Positions 57,699 through 64,000 of a DNA stretch of 64,000 nt are shown piece after piece. The stretch is taken from contig CBFDEM010000056.1 in NCBI GenBank assembly GCA_965603825.1, positions 372,001 to 436,000 on the forward strand, in the 5' to 3' direction. Position 1 is the stretch's first letter; each line of letters starts with the position of its first letter. Origin of the DNA: Blepharisma stoltei ATCC 30299 (lineage: Eukaryota > Protista > Ciliophora). Under the pieces are notes generated by a model. That model saw only the letters and a program-made list of their open reading frames with translations. It was not told the DNA's origin and ran no database searches. A program made the translations under genes and the position numbers.

Positions 57699-58808
57699 TT
57701 AATTCATCGGGTGTTTTGGCATGCACGAATTCTGCTGAGCAGACCCAATTGGCAGTCCATTGCAGGCTTCCAAAATCAAATTTGATATAGACGACTCCTT
57801 TGGCTCCCAGCTTGTAGGCAGCTCTATTTTCCTTTCTTCAATAACCTTTGGGTTGACATGAACTGTGAGCGATGCTTCAGATCTTTTGGTTCTACACCCA
57901 ACATCGTACAGCACAAACACTTGCGCCTTGTACATTGCTTGTATCAATCCAGTCTCATTAGTTGACACATTATTTCCAAACTCCAGGTTCGCTAGATTTG
58001 CTTCGTATTCCATCTCTTTAGGTGTGGAATCAATATGTGGCAGTGAGTGCAAATTTGGCGCATTTCTGCATACGAGACTTGTATAATTATATGTTTTATC
58101 CCCGGGAATTTGTACGGTTAATTCAAATAATAGTTGCCCTACAATGCTGATTATAGGTGCTTGTGTTGATTTATGGTCAATTCCCAAACGAAACTTCGAA
58201 GTTTTCCCAATTTGAGAATGGTCAGTGCCTTGGTAGCACAAATTAATAGCAGAGGCTCCCCTTTTGATACAGAAGCAAGATACTAGAGGTTTAGTGGAAT
58301 TGACAGAATACTGCCTTGATACACGCGTATTCCTATTAAAAATGGTCATGATTCTTTGGTCTGTTAACGATTTTTGTCCTTCCATTTCAAATGAAGCTTC
58401 TATTTTGTATTCAATTTTTGCTTGTATTCTGTGTCCATCACTATTGGTATCGTCAAAATCAAAGCTTGAAGGTGCATAATGTGGCAACTTAAAAGAAAAG
58501 GGAAATACAAATTGGCCTGAAGGGGAATAATTATCTCATTGGACTAGGGTAGTTGTCATGTGGAAAACGTCGTTTTTGGATTCAGAAACTTGCCCGTTTG
58601 ACTTGGTTATTTTTGCTAATTCGAGACCAGTTGCATTTAATTGGATTTTTGAAGGAGAACTTTTTTCTGGCAAGTTCAGAAGTATTTCTCCAGTTAATTT
58701 TTCACCTGCTATGTAGTAAGTAGCATCGAGCTTAATGTAAATGAAAAAGGATGATTGGAGTCCTGAATTATGAGAAACTTCGTTGTTTATGATAGCTGGA
58801 ACACTCAT
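57699..58808 (-). CDS. Arrestin-domain protein (369 aa)
   Basis: YIKLD..YYIAGEKLTGEILLN, GQFVFPFSFKLPHYAPSSF, AKIEYKIEA; joined by TGA 58536-58538. Confidence 0.85.
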
Positions 58809-59354
58809 ATTTATTAGTTATATGAAAATTCTGTAAGAAATTAAGAGTATTTCTATTAAAAATCATAGTGCTTTGTAGTATTAATCTAAATTTAATATCA
58901 AATAATAAATAAGCAACAAAAGTATAAAGCTTCTAATTTTTTATAAGGAATAGAAATAAGAAAATTTCATCTTACTTAGGCAATTAATTAGAGTTCTAAT
59001 TATGTATATAAATGATGCATAATCTAATACAGTGTGTTTTTTCTTTAAGTTAATGAAACCATCATATGGAGAGGAAATAATATAATCAATTATGGAACTG
59101 CAATGCTCAATTTAAACTATAAGCTGTCGAACTCATCTTCTATTCTTTGCATGAAAAACATTTTTTACCAACAAATATCACACCAAAGCGGTTTCACTCA
59201 CTATAACTAAAAAGCACTATCCAACATCCAATATTTATTTTTCACATAGCCGCCAGCTAATTTTCTAGAATGTTAACGATGGATTAATTTCATATTGCAT
59301 AATTTACCCTTTGGGCTTATGGCAATCAACATAATCCATTTCTTTATAATAATT

Positions 59355-60101
59355 ATGGGCAAAATTGATGATCTCTCAAGCCTCTCAAAGGGTGAACTTC
59401 TTCAGCTTGCAAAACTTGCTGAACACGCAGAGCGATACGAAGAAATGGTAGAATTCATCAGAGCTTACGTTCAAAAAGACAGAGCCGCGCTGTCCACTGA
59501 AGATAGAAACCTCCTCTCAGCTGCCTACAAAAATCTTGTAGGAAACAGAAGAACCTCATGGAGAATTCTAAATTCCATTGAGCAAAAGGAAACCAAACGT
59601 GGAAATGATGAAAACAAGCAAAGAGCTGGCGACTACAAACTTAGAGTTGAAAATGAGCTAAGAAGCTTTTGCAGAGAAATTCTTAGACTAATCGACACTG
59701 ACTTGCTTCCACAATCAGCTGACGACGAAAGCAGAGTTTTCTACCTCAAAATGAAAGGCGATTACTATAGGTACATCTGCGAGTTCACTCTTGGACAAGC
59801 TAGAGATGAAAGCTCGAAGAATGCACTTGAGTGCTATCAGCAAGCAATGACACTTGCAGAAACTGGCCTGGACCCAACCCACCCAACCAAGCTCGGACTT
59901 GCCTTGAACTTCTCGGTATTCAAGTACGAGATCCTACAAAACCCATCCGAAGCCTGTGCAATGGCCAAGCAAGCCTTTGACGACGCAATCCCTAGCTTAG
60001 ATACCTTAACTGACGAGGCAGCTTACAAAGACGCAACCATGATCCTCCAACTTTTAAGAGACAACTTGACCCTTTGGCAGTCAGAAGAAGCAGAAAGCTA
60101 A
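59355..60101 (+). CDS. 14-3-3 protein
   Basis: AKLAEHAERYEEM, RNLLSAAYKN, VFYLKMKGDYYRY, LGLALNFSVF, LQLLRDNLTLW; ATG 59355. Confidence 0.97.
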   Translation: MGKIDDLSSLSKGELLQLAKLAEHAERYEEMVEFIRAYVQKDRAALSTEDRNLLSAAYKNLVGNRRTSWRILNSIEQKETKRGNDENKQRAGDYKLRVENELRSFCREILRLIDTDLLPQSADDESRVFYLKMKGDYYRYICEFTLGQARDESSKNALECYQQAMTLAETGLDPTHPTKLGLALNFSVFKYEILQNPSEACAMAKQAFDDAIPSLDTLTDEAAYKDATMILQLLRDNLTLWQSEEAES

Positions 60102-60122
60102 ACATTAATCTTTAAATTCAGC

Positions 60123-62135
60123 TTAGTCTTCTACATTTAAACCAGGGAATAAGCTCCTGATATTTGAATTGTCTTCGTACACTTTTGTAGAGTAGTCCTC
60201 TCCTAGGTAAATGAATGTTGAAAACGGAAGTCCTAGCTGTTTCCAAAAATTGAGGGCTTGAATTAATTCTTCGCTTATTGAGGATAGGCTTTTGTAGTTG
60301 GAGTTCACGTCTGGATTTGATTCTTCGAGAGCCATTAGGTTTAATAAATAATCTTCACGCTTGTGAAGGAGGGAAAGAACTTTTAAGGTCAAAGCACGAG
60401 CTCTGATCAGTTTGCTGCACTTTCGAAGCATTTCTGAGAGGTTTTCAGCATTTGAGGTAGCACTGTAATGATCAGGGAGAAGAAGCTCAGTACGCAGCTT
60501 TTCTAAAGTGCAGAGGCCGCGATATTGGAGGCTTGATTTTTCTTCAGGAGTTAAATGATTAATATTTTTTAAAATCTTGTCAATTTCAGTTCCAGTAAGA
60601 AAATTTAAATCTTTTTCTGTATTAAACTCTAAAATTCCTTTGCAAGCTAAATTGTCAAGAGCTGATTTGCTTCAGTCCACTTCTATATTTGCAGGCTTAT
60701 AGCTTCTATGGGCATAGCTATAAACTTCTTTTCTCTGCTTAGGCGGGATTATTAAATCTTTCGAAGAATCAGGCTGCTGCTGTGCCCATAAAGCTGATTT
60801 TACCTTTATTGGCTTATGATTTCTTGAAGAAATTTTCGATTTACTTGACCTGTCGCTTCTAAGTGGTTTATATGGAGAATTTTCAATTGAATTTATTTTT
60901 TCCTTTGGAGGATTATCATATTTCAACACTTTGCTAAAAAGGTCAGGATCTTCCTTAAATCTGGTTAAAATTTGATCCCATGACTCTTTATCTTGGTCAT
61001 GGTTAAATAAAATTTCATCAATTAAATTGATTCTTCTCACTCTTGGCCTTCTTTTTCTTTCTTTTGATTCAAGCGCAATTGAAAAAGATCTTTGCTCTTT
61101 ATACGCTGAGTATGTAGTTGGTCTTGAACCTTGAAGTGATTTTTGTTCATAAATAGAATCCGAAGGGGATTCTTTTTGAAGAGAATGCTCATGGGTTTTT
61201 GGTCTTTTTGATATGGGCGGAGGCTGGCTAGGCCTTATTCGAGGAGTAATATCACGGGTTGGAGGTCGATAACTTCTTTCAACTGTTTTTGGCCGCTTGT
61301 GTAAATTTTTCAAAGAGTGTTCTAATGATGAGCTTGTTTTTTCAGTGTTTGCCCAAGGCAAACTTGATTTTCTATGCACAGTGTTTGATGCAGTATCTTC
61401 ACAAGTCTTTGGTGATTTGGGCACTTCTTGGTTATTTTGATGTTCTGAAACCCCAGTAGCCGCATTTAAAGTCTCAAATTCTTTTTTACTTTTATCCAAA
61501 AATTCAGTTATCTCAGCCAGTTTTTCTTCAAGAATTTTATCATTTTTTCCGTCATCAATAAGCTCTGAATATCCACTTAGGTTCATTTTTAAGCCATCTG
61601 TAAATATTGAGCATTTGTTAAAGTCAGGCGAAATCTGGGCATCAGTTTTCAATAGCAAATTTTTTACCTCAAAATTTTCAGGAGTTTTAATTATATTTTC
61701 TGGGCTGAAACTGGTTTGAAAGTCATAGAGACTTCCAAGCCTTTCTTTTACGTTTGACAAGTTTTGAGCAGAATCGTGGGAAGGGATCTTGTTTTCTTGG
61801 GTTGATGATAATGATTTCAGCTCATTCAGCTGCTTTTTGGTTGCTTCGAGCTCACGCTGTAATTCAAAAATTATTTGATCTTTCTTTTGAAGCTCGTCTT
61901 CTAGAGAAACTGCTGCAGTTTCTGTTTGAATTTCAACAGATGATTTATTAATGTCTTGGATGCTGAGTTGAGTATTTATTTTGTTCGAATGTTTTCTTTT
62001 TTTGTGATTCCTCGAATGAGGTCGCTTTATTACCTTATCATTTGGATTTTCTTTGGCATTATCTCCAATAATTGCTTTTTTTATTAGTGAGGCGGCTAAG
62101 TTGAACGCATATTCTTCAATTTGGTCTTTCTCCAT
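60123..62135 (-). CDS. Hypothetical protein (670 aa): coiled coil, disordered middle, helical C-terminal domain
   Basis: Two ORFs joined in frame by TGA 60672-60674. Confidence 0.75.
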
Positions 62136-62284
62136 TTAATTTCTTTATTCAAATAAAATATCTACTCTCAAAGTCACTTTCAATATCCCAAAGCTCAAAA
62201 TTCTGTTTTTCCTGTATTTGTCCTTTTCAAAAAATTCAATAATCCTAATTTCATATGGCGTAATGTTAAATCAGAAACTTATCA

Positions 62285-63994
62285 ATGGAGATAGAAACGC
62301 AAACTCCATCAACCCGAGAGATCTCTACCTCAAACATTTTCAACTTCACCGAAGTTTTAGCTCCAGATGTTGACAGAGATCCAACCCCAAACTTGCCCTT
62401 GCTTCACAAAAAGAGAAATTTAAGTTTTTCCATAAATCAGAAAAATACAAGTTTTTATTCCTACACAAAAGAACCAAAAGATCTGCCTCCTCGGACAAGG
62501 TCAAGCTCTTGAAAAAGCTTTTTGTCTCGTAAAATTTACATAGGGAATTATACATCTCCTCAAATTCAGCCAATGACTCATCTTCAAGATGCAATCGATA
62601 ACATAAAGCAAAAAGTTGAAAAGTAATTTATAAGCAGCGAATTTCAACAAAGTAGAGATATTTCAACGTTTATAAATAACATAAAAGACCTTGAGAGATC
62701 AAAACATATAAGACTTTATATGAGTGAGCTTGGAAAGCAGGTCGTTTTGAAAAAGCAGCAATATAATGAAATACACAGTGAAGTAGTACAAAGGCAAGAA
62801 AAGCTGAAAAAACTTGAAGAAAAATTGCAGCTGCTGGAAGATGAGGAAAATGAGACAAATAATTTGCTGGATGTGTACAATTTTAGAAGAGAAGAGTATC
62901 ATGATTTTGTACAAGGGTTGAATAATGAAGTTTACTATCAAGATACATTAAAATTCATGCTGGCCTGTCGCCAAGAAAACGCTATAGTAATGGCTCACCC
63001 AGTCAATGTAAACAATATCAAACTTAAACAGCTGAATAGAGAATGCAAAAACATGGAAAAAGAATTAGCAAGATATGTATCGAAATTTGGCGAAATAAAT
63101 AAGCAAATCGAAGCTATTACCCAAGAAACTGAGAAAGAAAAAATAGAAATGGAAAAAAAAATGCAATCAGAACTCAAAGTTTTTGAGGATTATCAAAAAA
63201 TAAAAAAATGCATTTCTTTTGAGCATAATCGAAATGTTACTATAGAAAGGCAACAAAATAACGCTGTACAGCTGTTGAGATTTGAAAGGAGAATAGGAGA
63301 ACTTAAAGAAGAACATATAATACAAGATGAAGCTATGAAAGTTGAAAAGATTCAAGAAAATTGTGAATATAAATTTAAAGCAATTCAAAGGGTAACAAAT
63401 ATTGCAACGATTCAAGATATGCTTCCTTATTACAAATATTTGCTAGAAAAAAAAGAAAATTTGATAAGCACAGTGGGGCAGCTGCAAAATCAGATAGAAG
63501 CTCTTCAAGAAGAAAGAGAAGAGCTTATAAAAGAAGTTGACTTTTGAAAATTCAGAGATGATGCTTATATTAACATTAGTATAGAAGAAGCCAATAAAGC
63601 TAATGAAGAATTAGAAAAAAAAATTGAGGAAATTGTTAGAAGTGAAAATAACTTGCATAAGCTCCAAGAATTGGTGAATTCTTCTATTAATGTGCTGAGT
63701 AGGGTTGTTTTTCAGCTATCAGAAGGAGAAAGATCTGCAATGGAAGTTAACGAAAAAAACTTGAGCCGAGTTTTAGCGTTTATTTGTACAAGACTTGATA
63801 AAATGATGGAAGTCCTGCAAAATCATCAGAATGTGTTTTATGTTGAAAGCATTAACACTGGGATGGAGTTTGTATCAGCACCGTCATTTTTGAGGTTAAA
63901 TAACTATCGTCAAACAAAAATTTCTTACGACGACCGCTTTGCTTTTACATATGAAGAAGAGGAAGCTGATAAAAAGAATGCTCAGAAAAGTTAA
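62285..63994 (+). CDS. Coiled-coil protein, outer-dynein-arm docking complex (ODAD)-like
   Basis: Single frame with two TGA (62510, 63545) and two 15-nt introns; E.KFKAIQRVTN...QDML segment resembles ODA-DC coiled coils. Confidence 0.6.
62529..62543 (+). other. 15-nt intron, in frame and stop-free
   Basis: GTAAAATTTACATAG, A10. Confidence 0.6.
62623..62637 (+). other. 15-nt intron ending CAG
   Basis: GTAATTTATAAGCAG, A10, in-frame TAA. Confidence 0.8.
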
Positions 63995-64000
63995 TTTTGA

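Noticed and set aside
59196-59205. actcactata, resembling part of a T7 promoter
   Set aside because: Partial 10-nt match in AT-rich DNA with no vector context

Overview
Gene-dense, AT-rich eukaryotic DNA, most likely a heterotrich ciliate macronuclear chromosome. Blepharisma-like is inferred from two signatures seen directly in the sequence. (1) About 50 in-frame TGA codons read as Trp, many at invariant Trp positions, while every gene ends in TAA/TAG. (2) Spliceosomal introns of only 15 nt (GT..AG, A at position 10). The supplied ORF track splits many genes at TGA; re-reading gives about 45 genes, including DNAI2, PEX5, STEEP1-like, RasGEF, cathepsin L, CK1, U2AF1, Myb, BTB-BACK, zDHHC, PKA-R, PTH2, an SLC25 carrier, PP4R3, UCK, PDE6D, a DUSP, EDC4-like, an arrestin and 14-3-3. 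The most notable items are: a eukaryotic UBA domain fused to an apparently intact bacterial-type PD-(D/E)XK nuclease, hidden by a TGA and lying between two diverged direct repeats; a Pol III tRNA-like gene with an abnormal anticodon arm; a block of Rab/TPR paralogues each carrying a single-base frame defect; an EXD1-like pseudonuclease; a secreted carbonic-anhydrase-like protein with altered ligands; and intergenic gaps as short as 2 and 11 nt. All family assignments come from motif recognition by eye; no searches were run.
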